64,000 nucleotides of DNA from Diplonema japonicum (GCA_964019335.1 OZ025699.1:248001-312000); one strand, 5' to 3'; shown: positions 42,559 through 54,407, counted from the first letter of the stretch. A program made the numbers and translations. The notes: a model not told the origin generated them from the letters alone.

Positions 42559-44757
42559 CTACTGACATGGCACTAAGGACACGTCAAGCGCGCGGGATGG
42601 GGGTTCAACGGAATAGTTGATCTTGCCTTGGACAACGGTGCCCGTGACAGTTGTGTTCAAAGGCCCGTGCAGTTTGAACGCAAGGTCCCAACTGCACGGC
42701 CACGCGGGAAGAAGCGTCAGCTTCTGCCCCGGGCTGTCATCACTCTGCAACACCATGTAAGAAAGCGCGTTATTCATCACCGAAAGATGGTCGGCACTTG
42801 GCGCGAAATCCTGCATGTTTGGCATAAAACCAGGGAATCTATACCCCGGAGCAGCACCTACCGAAGCTCGAGAAACCGCATATTCCTGAGCTTGCTGTGC
42901 CATTCCCAATAACGCTGCATCCATGATATTCTGGTTCCACCCGTAATCGGTGGTGAACCGTTTTGTATTAAAAGCTTCGACTGCGACGGAAGCGTTCCCG
43001 TTACCCTTCCCGGCGGTGTAGAGCCGGTACGGGTGAACGGCGTAAAGCTCAGCGTTTTCCACGTTTCCGGTGGTGTTGGGACAGATTTGACAAGGTTGGA
43101 GCTTCCCACTGCCAGTAGGGACCTCCGGGAGGATCTGTTTCAAGTCAGCCCAGTTTTTCCGATTTTCATCGCTTCCCCACGCAGTACCCAACATCTTCTC
43201 CACAACAGACCTCAACCCCGCCACTGTAGGCATATCGTTTGTAACACAATTTTCAGGGTCGGGAGGATACCCTGGGCACTCCCATGTCTCCAATGCCTGT
43301 GAAGGGTATAGTACCATTCTCCCATTAGAGTCCCGTAGTGTTCGAAACTGTCTGTAAAAGTCCAACACCTCGGAAGCGATCTCTAGGTATTTGTCGTCGT
43401 TTGTGTAGTAATAGTAGTCAATGGTGAACAATGAGAGGTCCAGAGATCCTTGGAAGTTGTAGTGGTTCCACCGGTCTTCCATGTACCAGTATGGTGGGTT
43501 GGACAATTTACCAGCACGGTCACACCCGTATGCTCTCGCGTGCGTTGTTCCGTACAGTGCATCTGTGAACTCGTACCAGAACACCCCTGTGATGTTGTAG
43601 TAGTGTTGTGTTGTGGCGCGAACCTGCGGCATCGTTGCGAGAAACGAGTCCAGCACCGTTTTGAACATTTCGAAGTCGCCCGCGGGCAGCATGTTGTAAT
43701 ATGGCATTCTTAAGTTCTGCCACCAGTTTCTGCCGCCCCAAATCCGGTAGTCTGTTTGAGGGGGTTTTAACGCGGTGTAGATCATCCCGTTGAACTTGAT
43801 GGGAACCGGCGCACGAGCCTGACACCCTTGGAGGTATCTATGCAGAATATACTGCCTCGAAACGTTGAAATCAGATGTTTCAAGGTGTGATCGCGACCAG
43901 AACCCCTTCCACCAGCCGTCGTGCAAAGATTTGACAGGAGTTTGAACCAGGTTTTCGATCTCATCTGTCCATGCTTGGACGGACGTTGTGACAGAGGTCA
44001 GAACGGTGATTCGAACCAAGGATCCGTCGGTGGTCACGAGCCCACCAGACGTCCTATTCGACAAATGATTCGGAATAGAGTTGAAAGCGTCTTCTCCTAG
44101 GTTCTGCCCATCAACCATGTTCCGGAAGTAATCCTGCCCGTGGAAGTTTGCCTCGTTTCGATGGTAGAACGCATCGCCGGATCGCGTTTGTATTTTCACA
44201 TCTTTCGAAATATCGTAAGTCAAACACTCAACCGGGCCTTTATACCCATCCACCTCCTCAGGACGTGCAAGTGTTATGTAATATCCAACGTTATAAGAAC
44301 GGACGGAAGAAGTGTGGTTCACCATAAAAGTGTTGCTGTGCGCGTCCACCCAAATCGAAACCGAAAGGTCTCCGATCGAGATTTGCACGGTTCCAGTGGA
44401 AATGTCCAAGGTTTGTTTGAACGTGCTTCCTTGCGGAGGTGATGGTGTGTAAGTTATGTCGACCGTTCCCAACTTGATTAGTTGCGAAGCTTCATTCCAT
44501 GCCTCTTGGGAAGACAGGAGAAGAGAGACCTTTGACACACCGTCCGTGTAAACATTCGCCCCCACCACACCATTCCCGATGGGCATTGTGTTCACCCATG
44601 TTGTGGGTGTGTCAGGAAGGAGATGGTCCCATTCAATGTTGTACTGTTTCACGCAGGACACAGGGTCTGTTGCCCAGGTGTCGCACAGAGCTGTGGTGTT
44701 GTCAACTCGGTACAAGATAAACAGCAAGAGAATCTTGAGAGGGGGTTTCATTTTCAT
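42559..44757 (-). CDS. Secreted GH95-like (DUF5703-type) glycoside hydrolase
   Basis: Signal peptide, MPIGNG, PIKFNG, DYR.WG...WWQN.R.PY, EN.ELYAVHPYR, LLPAWP..W...FKLH.P. Confidence 0.85.
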   Translation of the reverse strand: MKMKPPLKILLLFILYRVDNTTALCDTWATDPVSCVKQYNIEWDHLLPDTPTTWVNTMPIGNGVVGANVYTDGVSKVSLLLSSQEAWNEASQLIKLGTVDITYTPSPPQGSTFKQTLDISTGTVQISIGDLSVSIWVDAHSNTFMVNHTSSVRSYNVGYYITLARPEEVDGYKGPVECLTYDISKDVKIQTRSGDAFYHRNEANFHGQDYFRNMVDGQNLGEDAFNSIPNHLSNRTSGGLVTTDGSLVRITVLTSVTTSVQAWTDEIENLVQTPVKSLHDGWWKGFWSRSHLETSDFNVSRQYILHRYLQGCQARAPVPIKFNGMIYTALKPPQTDYRIWGGRNWWQNLRMPYYNMLPAGDFEMFKTVLDSFLATMPQVRATTQHYYNITGVFWYEFTDALYGTTHARAYGCDRAGKLSNPPYWYMEDRWNHYNFQGSLDLSLFTIDYYYYTNDDKYLEIASEVLDFYRQFRTLRDSNGRMVLYPSQALETWECPGYPPDPENCVTNDMPTVAGLRSVVEKMLGTAWGSDENRKNWADLKQILPEVPTGSGKLQPCQICPNTTGNVENAELYAVHPYRLYTAGKGNGNASVAVEAFNTKRFTTDYGWNQNIMDAALLGMAQQAQEYAVSRASVGAAPGYRFPGFMPNMQDFAPSADHLSVMNNALSYMVLQSDDSPGQKLTLLPAWPCSWDLAFKLHGPLNTTVTGTVVQGKINYSVEPPSRALDVSLVPCQ

Positions 44758-45410
44758 TTCTCGCCCTCAAAGCCACCTTATGTACTTTTTGCGGGAAAAG
44801 TAGGAACAAAAAAAAAATTTTTTTTTTTAAATAGAAAATGCATACTACAGAAGAAAAGCGAAAACAAAAATGAAAATATATCCCCCCCTCTTTTTTTTTC
44901 CCCCTTCATTCTTGCTTTTTTATTCACTTTCCTTTTTTTTTTATTGGGGATTTCACAAAGACATCTTTTAGGTTCATAAGAATTCTTTTTTTAATTTTTT
45001 TTTTTATTCTTCTTCTCAGGATTTTATATATACCACGGCAACGGGTTTGGTGGTGATGCCAGTTTTGTCTTCTTCTTCTTCTTTTTTTTTTTTTTTCCTC
45101 TTCTTCTTCTTTCTTTTCTTTTCTTTTCTTTTTTATAAAAAAGAAAATAAGATGAAAGAGCGTATGCTACAACTAATTGAATTATCTTCTGCTCTCTCTC
45201 ATCCTTCATGGTATTCATATTGTATTGAAAAAAGAAAAAAAAAAAGAAAAAAGAAAAAAGAAAAAAAAAAAAAAAAAAAAAAAAAAACATACATTGTAAA
45301 GTGGGTAGTGGGGTGGGGACAAAAGCAGACAAGGGGAGCAACAAAAAAAAAAAAAAAAAAAAAAAAAAGGATTCTACAAATAAAAAAAAAAAATAAATAA
45401 TTACCTCACG

Positions 45411-47186
45411 CTAGTAAGCCACTCGAACTGAGTCAGGCGCAATGTCTTTCGAATGGGTCCCATCTTCCCTGTGTGTGTTTTTTTTTTTTTTTTTGGAAAA
45501 ATACCAATTTATAGTATACGTCCCCTCAGGCTGCTGCGAAACAATCTCCGCAGGGAACCACTCCTGCCCGTACTCAACAGAAACCTTCTGCCCAGGGGTG
45601 AAGCTGTTGTATGGGAAAGCGCTGTTGTACCCCGTGTCAGGCTGGGAATACACTGGCGAAGGTGGCGGCTTGGGATTGCTCTGGTAAGGCTGCATCTCCC
45701 TTGCAGGTGAAGGCGACGGGGCCGGCCTATACATCGCAGGCTGCTGAGGCTGCTGAGCCTGATGCGGGCTATTGTTCCCCCCAAGCCTCCCCGCGATCGG
45801 TCCATCTTCGGCCGGTATCGGCCTGTGCTGGCGTTGCTGCACGGACCGCTGCGGTTGTTGCTGCTGCTGCTCCTGCTTATAAGGCCCTGGTTCCGACTTC
45901 TTCTCGTTCTTCCCCCCGCCCTCCCCTCCCTTTGCCCGCTTCATCAGAATCAAAATCCCGATTATAATACAAACACACAACAGCGCAGCACAGCATATCA
46001 ACATAATGAGCCACCAGTTGATGCCGTCATCGTCATCACTACTCGCTGTCTTGCTGGTGTTGTCCACCCCAGGGTTCACAAGGTCAACCTGCGAGGCCTG
46101 GTAAGGCAGGGTGTTCGCCCCGTTGACATTGTTGGAGATCGATGTGTAAGCGGAGCTCCTAGCAGTGTTCTTGCTGTAGCTGTCTGTTGGGACGACATCG
46201 AAGCTGACGTAGTAAGGCGTGGAGGTCTGAAGGGAGGTCGACGTGCGGGAGGCGGTTGTCACGATCCCACCAAGCTTACACCCCGCGTCTGCTCGTTCCT
46301 TCGTCGTGGCGGGGCACACCCTCGACGGGCACACCGCTACCGGACACACCGATTCTACAACAACAGACTTCACCCTCAACCTATCAACAATACCCAACAC
46401 CTTCGTCCCGAACTCACTCACGCTGAACACATCGTAACCAGTGTTTAATGTTATCAAAAACACCCTTCCGAAAATATATGCAAGCGGAGCTGATGTTGGC
46501 TGAGCTGTGGCTGGAGCAGGCGTGGCCGGAGCTGCAGTCGGTGGAACATTAGTATTAGGAGCTGGCGTCGCGGGTGCCGGTGTGTTCGGACTCCGCGTTA
46601 AAGGAGCCGGTGTTAAAGGAGCCGCTGTTAAAGGAGCCGGGGTTGCAGGTGCAGGCGTGCACACGCTAACAGAAGTTGTCAGCAATGCTCTGTTGGACCC
46701 GGTGTGTTGTGTCCATGCCGCCACCGTCCCTGTATTTGTTGCCCATGCAATGATAAACTGTGTGAACGTCGGGATGGTGAAACCGGAACCCTCGTCAAGC
46801 CTTCTGTAGAACTTCATAGTGGACAGCCCACCAGCTGTCGTCATACTTACAAAGGTTGTCGTTCCCGCACCTATGGTAGGCTGTGCGTTGCCTGTGGCAG
46901 AGGCATCTTTGACATCTAAGTTTGCGGAGTCGAAGGCGATGATGTCAAGCCCGGACATTGTTGTGCTCCCTGCAGCTTTGAAGCCTATGGCGGCCCAGCT
47001 CCCTACAGGGAAGACGACGGTGAACTGAAGGGCCTTTTTCGACGCTGCTGTATCAGTGCCCACCTCGTAATCTATTTTGACAGGCGTCGTCAGGAGGGAC
47101 ACGCTGCCGCAGTCCGCGGTAAACTGCGCGCTTGCCGCCGGGGCGCTGCAGGCGAGAAGCAGCATCGTGTAAGTAGTTCGTTGCAT
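45411..47186 (-). CDS. Type I membrane protein: DOMON domain, PAT-rich stalk, TM, Pro/Gln-rich tail, C-terminal Tudor-like domain; intron 45469-45504
   Basis: WAAIGF....M.G.D and IAWA...QH (DOMON Met/His). TPAP repeats. TM helix WWLIMLICCAALLCVCIIIGILI. GQKVSVEY..EWFPAEIV...GTYTINWEDG after splicing. Confidence 0.85.
   Translation of the reverse strand: MQRTTYTMLLLACSAPAASAQFTADCGSVSLLTTPVKIDYEVGTDTAASKKALQFTVVFPVGSWAAIGFKAAGSTTMSGLDIIAFDSANLDVKDASATGNAQPTIGAGTTTFVSMTTAGGLSTMKFYRRLDEGSGFTIPTFTQFIIAWATNTGTVAAWTQHTGSNRALLTTSVSVCTPAPATPAPLTAAPLTPAPLTRSPNTPAPATPAPNTNVPPTAAPATPAPATAQPTSAPLAYIFGRVFLITLNTGYDVFSVSEFGTKVLGIVDRLRVKSVVVESVCPVAVCPSRVCPATTKERADAGCKLGGIVTTASRTSTSLQTSTPYYVSFDVVPTDSYSKNTARSSAYTSISNNVNGANTLPYQASQVDLVNPGVDNTSKTASSDDDDGINWWLIMLICCAALLCVCIIIGILILMKRAKGGEGGGKNEKKSEPGPYKQEQQQQQPQRSVQQRQHRPIPAEDGPIAGRLGGNNSPHQAQQPQQPAMYRPAPSPSPAREMQPYQSNPKPPPSPVYSQPDTGYNSAFPYNSFTPGQKVSVEYGQEWFPAEIVSQQPEGTYTINWYFSKKKKKNTHREDGTHSKDIAPDSVRVAY
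45469..45504 (-). other. 36-nt GT-AG intron
   Basis: GTATTTTTCC(A)nCACACACAG. Removal deletes YFSKKKKKNTHR and restores INW-EDG. Confidence 0.8.
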
Positions 47187-47359
47187 TTTTTTTTTTTTTT
47201 TTTTTAAATAACGTCTTTTCCCCCTCTCCCCTACCCCCTCTTCTCCTTTCTTTTTTGCAAAAATACGGGGAGAAAAAAAAAAAAAAAAAATGTCCGGAAA
47301 AGCCCTGGCAGATCGTTTTTTTTCTTCTCTCTCTTTTTTTTTTCTTTTTTTTTCTTCTC

Positions 47360-47570
47360 GAGAAGAGCGGAAGAGATCAACTCCTTGCACGCTGCAAAGA
47401 AGGCCAAGGCGGACACAGCGAATCTCAAGCTTACCGAGGCTGAAAAGGCCAGGGTAGGCCGCCACGCAGTAGCCCGGGTGTGGTACCGCGTAGAGGAAGA
47501 AAGGTAATACCGACCTCCAGCATATCAGACTGGAAGAGGCGATTCGCGAGTTGCTGTTGCAGCGGCATAA
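47360..47570 (+). mobile_element. pogo-like transposase N-terminal fragment
   Basis: AEEINSLH..LTEAEKARVGRHA shares EEINSLH with the copy at about 3190. Confidence 0.45.
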
Positions 47571-47591
47571 TAAGAAAGAATGACAGAAAGG

Positions 47592-47623
<32 letters not shown>

Positions 47624-48660
47624 AGAAATAGAAATAGAAAAAAAAAAAAAGAAATGAACAAAGAAGGAAGACTAATAAAGGCAGAGAGAAGAACGGGGGG
47701 AGGGGGAGAAGGAGAAACAAGAAAAAAAATAAAAAAATAAAAAAAAAGAAGAAGAAAGAAAGAAGAAGAAGAAGAAGAAGAAGAAGAAGAATCAAATGCT
47801 GGAAGGGGAGGGGGGGAGGAAAACAGAGGGCAACATTGCCGAAATAATGCAAAGAAACAAAAAAAGGAAAGGGAGAGAGAAAAACTAAATGTCTCGGATA
47901 GTGGGCACCTCTCCTCCGAGGAAGCAGGATGGGAAAAAAAAGAAATGCAGAGAAGAGAAACAAAAAAAATGTTTTAGTCTTTCTTTATATTTTTTTTATT
48001 CTTTTTTTTTCTTCTAAATGTTCTTTCTTATTCTTTCTTTATCATTATTTTTGTTTGGTCTTCTCTCCTTTTCTTTTTTTTGGGGGGGGGAAAGTACTTT
48101 TTTTTAGAAACTAAATTTGAGGCACAAAATGCCAATTTAGTTCTTCTTGAAGCAGGTTTCTAGGTGACGAGGCTGGACTTCTTCTTCCCTCCTATGAAGT
48201 GGGGGGGGGGGGGGGGGGGGAGAGGTGCACACTGCCCGCAAAATTCACACCCGGTTTCTGCGGTTTGCTCATGTGGAGTGAGAATGAAAAAAAAAAAAAA
48301 AAAAAAAAAAAAAAGAAAGCAAAAGCAAACGGAACAGTGAATTCCATAAGGGTCGCACTCCAATGGTGCCAAAAAAAAAAAAAAAAATGTGTCAGATGGG
48401 CTCTGTTAAAAAATAAAGGAGAGGAAATAGAGATGATACCAGGGGGGAACGAAAAGAAAAAAAAAAAAAGCTTTTAGAGTGACCATGGCCCTCAGAACCC
48501 TACGCCGGGGTGGGGGAGGGGAGAGGTTTTCCCGGTAAGCAGTAAAAAAGCATTGTTCTCAGTCGCTTGGGGTTAAGGGGTGGCCAGTCAATATAAAGAT
48601 TTTCTTTCCCTGACCGTACTTGGACCTAGATAGATATGGAAACCTTTTTTTTTTTTTTTA

Positions 48661-49847
48661 CCCATAACACTCCGGGGCCTATCTACATAGGGGTCCCTTT
48701 TTTGCTCCTTTTCATAATCTGAGGGGAAAAATGGCAGCATTCAACCCCCGTTTGCAGGTAAAACGGGTTTTTTTGGACCAGGAAAACTTAAAAAAAAGTT
48801 CAAAAATTAATAAAAATACAAAGGGGATGAAGAGTTGAATGGCCGTAGGGTGCTCAAAAACGACCATGTCAAAATGGGTTGTGCACGGGGGAGTGTAAAT
48901 TGAGCATCCTGGGACAAAAAAGGCAGCATCAGGACCCCTCAGATGTCTCAGACCGAGAGAAGTGCCTATTTGCGGGTGGAATATCGGCCTCGAAATCGTC
49001 AAGAGGCCTTTTTGGGGTGACGGAAGAGTGGTACGAAAAAAGCACTTATTTGGACAGAGGTGTTGGTTTTAGGTGTAGCATTTGTAGATTGTGCGTTTTG
49101 TGCATTCTTTCAACCTGCAGACCCTGGAGGTGCCCCCTTTGAGTGGCTAGCGGTCACGTTTGGTGTAATCTGGGGTATCGGGGGTGTGTGCACCACTAGT
49201 TGGCCGGGAGTGGTGTTTTTGCAACGCTGGACCCATCAATTAGGCTCTCTCGAAAGCGCTCTTTAAAAGCAGCCAGGGTGGTGTATCTCTTTGGCATCCC
49301 TGAACCATATTTTATTTGAAGTGCATGGCAGTTAACTATTGTCACTTCTAGGGCTCACCAGAAGAGTCCGCAACACCCAACGAAATGCAAGCAATGTTTG
49401 TCTCTTCTTGGATGACGTCTGTTAACTTCTTATAAAAAAACCGAAGGAATAACCATTTTGCGTCGTCAGGTTTCTGCGTACCACGGGACAGCTTTTTTTC
49501 TCCCCACTGGCCTATTTTATGGTCTCTATGGGTACCAACTCCCTTACCCATGAAGGTTGGACCTCGTCCGTAGCTGTTTTGGCTTTACCTTTGCGTTTTT
49601 TGGGAACAATTTGGGCACAGTATGCACACCCGTTATTTTGCGTTTTTAGCCTATCTACTCGGATTTGGGACCCACTCGGTGGGTGGATAACAAGGTAAAG
49701 TGATGCAGCGCAGCATGAATTGCAGTTGAAAATAACTCCTCACTATAGTCGTTCTTGGAGATCCAGGGGTCGTGGGGACGAAAAAGTACTTAGAGAAAAA
49801 TACGATTTTTCAAAACGACAAATATTTGCGCCTTGGAGTGTTATGGG
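48661..49847 (-). mobile_element. Defective piggyBac transposon
   Basis: 13-bp perfect TIR CCCATAACACTCC/GGAGTGTTATGGG. Right flank TTAA, left flank TTTA. Remnant Cys-rich domain CRLKECTKRTIYKCYT*NQHLCPNKCF at about 49035-49120. Confidence 0.88.
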
Positions 49848-49850
49848 TTA

Positions 49851-49934
49851 AACAAAAAGGGAACGCTGACAACGTGTTTCGGGTTTACAAAACTTCTCCA
49901 GGTTTTACCCGGCACGTACAAACAACGGCCAGTT
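49851..49934. repeat. ~85-bp dispersed repeat (second copy 59474-59557)
   Basis: Shared TCTCCAGGTTTTACCCGGCACGTACAAACAACGGCCAGTT. Confidence 0.85.
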
Positions 49935-49982
49935 TTCTTTTTTTTTTTTTTTTTTAAATTTCTGAACCAGACCTAAAAAATG

Positions 49983-50018
<36 letters not shown>

Positions 50019-50133
50019 AAATGGCGTTTCTATTAAGTCCAAGTGCGGTATTTATTTCCCTCCCCCTTTGGTTTTTTTTTCCATCTAGATTGTAAAAGAA
50101 AAGGGAGAATAAAAAAAAAAAAAAAAAAAAAAA

Positions 50134-50347
50134 CTCGATGATTTAAAGGAAGCCGGTGGGGTCACCCTGCACAAGCACCATTTACTTCATTACAGGGGGC
50201 GCACCTCGGCCTAACTGTAGCTTCTTCTGCGTTCCGCGTCGTGTCCTTAATGCGTGCGGTGTGCAGCTCAACCCCAGCCGGGGCGCCCCGGGTAACCAAA
50301 AAAGATTCTGAGCCCGTGTAGTTTGCTGCCTGTTCGCCACCCAGAGC
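50134..50347 (-). repeat. SINE-like family S1 copy, 5'-truncated
   Basis: Matches 59041-59250. A runs on both sides. Confidence 0.85.
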
Positions 50348-50511
50348 AAAAAAAAAAAAAAAAAAAGAGAGAAACTACATTTCTTTTGAGCTAAACGTGA
50401 AATTTCGTTCACGACAGTGCTTCCCAACCTGAATTTTATTTCTACCGTGACCATGCAAGACATGCATATCCTTGGCTAAAGTTAACTGGGAGAAATACTA
50501 GGAAGGAAAAA

Positions 50512-50643
50512 TAATTCTTTATGACTATATGTCTTTGTTGTTCGCACGAGCAAAAAGGATTTTTGAAAAGCTGCGAAAGTTTTTTGCTCGGCACAAGTTG
50601 CATATAGTTATAAAATCATTTTTTGAAAGATAAATATTTGTAA

Positions 50644-50644
<1 letters not shown>
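50512..50644. repeat. S2 repeat copy
   Basis: Near-identical to 17037-17170. Confidence 0.9.
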
Positions 50645-50676
<32 letters not shown>

Positions 50677-51104
50677 ACCAGCAGGGGCTGGGTAACCGTA
50701 AGTATTTTTTTCGACGCTCTTTTTGATTGTTGTGCACGAGCAGATATTAAAACCCGTAGTTTGCTTTTTTAAATAAAGCGTTTGCATCTATATTTTTTTT
50801 CTCCTCGCTACCTAAAGCCAAATCGTAAGATTGAGAAAGAAAAACCTACAAAAAGTGCAAGATTTCACTTCCCATCTTTCTTTGCCGCCCGTAGAGCACT
50901 AAAGAATTGGGCTACAAGCGGAGTGGTTTAGATAAAAAAAAAAAAAAAAAAAAAGAATAAGCAACCCTAAAGCTACCCTGTTTTTTTTTTTTCCTTCTTT
51001 TTTTTTTTTTTTTTTTTTTTACTGGCGTTTTTTTTTTTTTTTTCATTCTCCGAAAAATCTAAAAAAAGTAGATTATTTTGTGTGACTCTCTTTTTTTTTG
51101 GGGG

Positions 51105-51545
51105 GGGGGACCAATATTTCCAACCTCCCTGTGGTGGTTCCTGGTAATTGTGGTTTGGAGAAACACAAGTGAAAGGGAAACTCTCGTTCTAAAGCCGTAC
51201 ACGTGGGGAAACCTGGACGGGCTACGCGTGGCGCCAGTTAGCATCGCCCTCAACGGAGAGTCCCTTATCCCATTACATCGAACAAGGAGGTGGCTTCACC
51301 AGGTCAGGCAAGTAGCCTCTCCGCGGCATCGTGCCAGTGAAGCAAGCCTCCCACAACTCTCCAGTTGGCGTTTAATTGCTTCTGTGGCCCCTCTCCCTAT
51401 TTCAATTTCCAAGCTTTCTTTACCTCTCCACTTTTACTTTCTACGGGACCACAGGGGACTTGGAGGCTTCGGGGCGAAGTTTCACAAGGGTGGCCGCTGT
51501 GTCACATACTGCATGGCACCACTAAAATCGAGACAACTTTTTTTA
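51105..51545. repeat. ~420-bp dispersed repeat (second copy about 63194-63600), probably TE-derived
   Basis: Long collinear identity, e.g. GTGGTGGTTCCTGGTAATTGTGGTTTGG and CTACGCGTGGCGCCAGTTAGCATCGCCCTCAACGGAGAG. Confidence 0.85.
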
Positions 51546-52393
51546 AATTTAATTTGATGTTTCAGGAGGACTTTTTTTTTTTTTTTTTTTTTTTTTGCCG
51601 TCCCTTTGTTGAAAAAATCCGTTTCCATCTTTCTAAGGGTATATTTTTTTCTTATCTTCCTGAGAAAGAATTTCTTATATTCATGGAGATGAACTTCGGA
51701 TGGATGCGGGGGCAGCGGGAAGCTCAGGGCGCAATATTTTCTTCTTCTTCTTCTTCTTCTTCTTCTTCTACTTCCATCAGGATTCTACTGTCAAAAAAGA
51801 AAAAAAAAAAAAAAAAAAATACCGGTTGCCCGATTTGCAAAAAGAGGGACTTCACAGCCAGGAGAAAAAAAAAAAAAAAAAAAAGTATCATTAGACAACA
51901 GTAAATGACACAAGCGCCTTCACAAAAAAAAATTCGGCACAAGAAAATCATTTTCTACATGCATCTATCCCCCCCTCAAAGATTGCATGAGTGGCTTTCT
52001 TGTTGCCAAATAGTAAAACCATCAATAATAATAATAAATTATAAATAATGGTTTGAGTTATTCTGCTTCGCTTGTAGTTTTTTTCTTCTTTTTTTTTTTC
52101 CCCCTTCCCAGCTCCTTCTCTCCGCCTTTCTCTTTTTTATCTTTTTGACAGTAGATTAATAAAAAAACGCCACAAAAAAAAAAAAGATAACAAACCTCGG
52201 GAGAGGGGGGGGGGGGAGGGGATTGAAATGTTTGGACCGTGATGATGATATTGGGGTAGTTATCAACCACATACATTACTTTTTTTTTCTTTCATTTTTT
52301 TTTTCTCCTATTTTTTTTTTTTTTTTTAAAGAGTAGGTTAGGAGTTTATAATAGATAATAAAAAGAAAAAAAAGAAAAAAAAAGAAAAGAAAA

Positions 52394-52720
52394 TGGGGCT
52401 TTAATTGCAACACTAGGTGGCGTTAAGCGTGCAATGAAGCACGAACTACCTACTTGATTACAGGGGGCGCTCCTCGGCCGAGCAGTAGCTTCTTCTGCGT
52501 TCCGCGTCGTGTCCTTAATGCGTGCGGTGTGCTCAACCCTAGCCGGGGCGTCCCGGGTAACCAAGATTCTGCGCTCGTGCAGTTTGCTGCATGTTCGTCA
52601 CCCTGAGCATCTGCGTTACGTTCTTCCACTCGGGCGCTACCGGTGATGACCGACGAGGAGGTCAACAGCGAACAACACATCTGATGTACTTCTTATATTT
52701 CCATGTTATCCCCACCACCT
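52394..52720 (-). repeat. SINE-like family S1, full-length copy
   Basis: About 330 bp and non-coding. Same orientation in all copies. Flanked by + strand A tracts. Confidence 0.85.
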
Positions 52721-52734
52721 AAGAAAAAAAAAAA

Positions 52735-52865
52735 GAGATGAGTCCCCCCCATTGTCAACGTATCTACCCCCTTTCTCCCTTCTAGTCGGCCTTTCGTTCT
52801 TTTTCGGCTGTGTTGCCTTTCTCAAAGTGTCTTCCTTTTTCCCCTTGCTACTTTCTTTTCCAACT
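52735..52865 (-). mobile_element. 3' remnant of T-tailed LINE subfamily A
   Basis: Encodes EDTLRKATQPKK.ERP, as in the end of the 24992 ORF. Ends CATCTC followed by Tn. Confidence 0.85.
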
Positions 52866-52942
52866 AAAAAAAAAAAGAAAAAAAAATCAAAAAAAAAAAC
52901 ACTAGCGAAAGATAACGTGCCATCTCTCACTCCCCCCCCCTA

Positions 52943-53099
52943 GGGCTATGCTGGCAGGAAACGTGGAAACGTTTCCGTTTCCATACTTTTCAAAATTCTT
53001 ATGGAAACGGCTTCCTTCTTAAGGAAACATAAGGAAACGTTTCCGTTTCCCTTTTTTTCAAAAAATGCATGGAAACGCGTTTCCATGCCAGCATAGCCC
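52943..53099. mobile_element. 157-bp MITE
   Basis: TIR GGGCTATGCTGGCA-GGAAACG / CGTTTCCATGCCAGCATAGCCC, with many internal GGAAAC/GTTTCC motifs. Confidence 0.85.
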
Positions 53100-53557
53100 C
53101 CCCCCCCCCCCCCCCCCCCCCTATTATCTCTTTCCCTTTTTTAAAGAAAGAATATTCATCAAAAAAACACTAGGGGGGTTTTTTTTTTCTTTTTCCTCAC
53201 TCTAACTTTTCAATTATTCAAAGTTGCAGGCAGGTCCGGCTCCAGACTACGAAAGAAAAAAAGGGGTTTTTTTTTTTTTCCTTCTTCTTTTGTCGTTCTT
53301 TCTTAATGATCCCAGAAATAGTCAAAAGCACATCCTTGCAATGCCGCAATATATATTTGATTTTCTTGTTCAAGCAGGGGGGGGGGGGGGGGGGGGAAAC
53401 TTTAAAAAGATCTTCTTTTCATTCTTTCCTTTCTAAAGTAATTCCTGTCACTGGGAATATATGGAGGGGCACCGGAGAAAAAAAAATGAGTTGAAGGAGG
53501 TTCTTTCTTTTTTTTGGGGGGGGTTTTTTTTTTCTCTCTCTAAAGTTTTGAGGATTT

Positions 53558-53597
<40 letters not shown>

Positions 53598-54016
53598 AGA
53601 TGTCCCTGAAAGCGGTACTTTGTTGACAGATAACGAATGCTGGCCAAAATGAATCCTCTCCAAATTGGGCCACATGATCAACATCAACAGCGACCTGTTT
53701 CTTTAGAAAAGCGGACATCAACGAGAAAGGCTGATACCAGGGACTAGAAATGGGGGTTCCTCTCGTACTGCTGTTGAGGTGATGCATCAAGCGAAGGGGA
53801 GCGCTATGTGATGTTAGGTAAGACAAAAATAAAATAGCTGGTTGTTGCTTGAGTGTCCCTCCCCCCCCAAAAAAAAGTACCTTTCTTTCTTTATTTTTAC
53901 TTTCTGTGCCGCCGTGCTTCAGCAGAGAAAGAAAATAAGAGGGGGAGTGGGTTTTTTTTTCTTTCCCTTTTGATTTCTTTTCTTTTTCTTTTGGGCCACA
54001 ATAAATCTCTGACGGC

Positions 54017-54048
<32 letters not shown>

Positions 54049-54173
54049 CCATCTTTTTTTTTTTTTTTTTTTCCACACAAATTTGACAAAAGAAAAAAAA
54101 AGAAAGAAAAAAAAAAAGAAAAGGGAAATCAATGTGCGTATATAAATTCCTGAAGAAACAAAAAAAAAAAAAA

Positions 54174-54302
54174 TCTTTATGACTATATGTCTTTGTTGTT
54201 CGCACGAGCAAAAAAGGTTTTTAAAAAGCTGCGAAAGTTTTTTGCTCGGCACAAGTTGCATATAGTTATAAAATCATTTTTTGAAAGATAAATATTTGTA
54301 AC
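54174..54302. repeat. S2 repeat copy
   Basis: Near-identical to 17041-17170. Confidence 0.9.
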
Positions 54303-54407
54303 AAAAAAAAAAAAAAAAAAAAAAAGAAAAGGTCCTCCCATTCCGCCCCCCCCCCCCCCCCCCAACCCCATTTCACCAGGAGAGAGCCATTGCAATTTTT
54401 TTTTTTT

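Noticed and set aside
53596-53860. Possible further T-tailed LINE end (An-GAAGATGTCCCTGAA)
   Set aside because: Only a few bases resemble subfamily C and there is no clear protein motif, so it is not counted.
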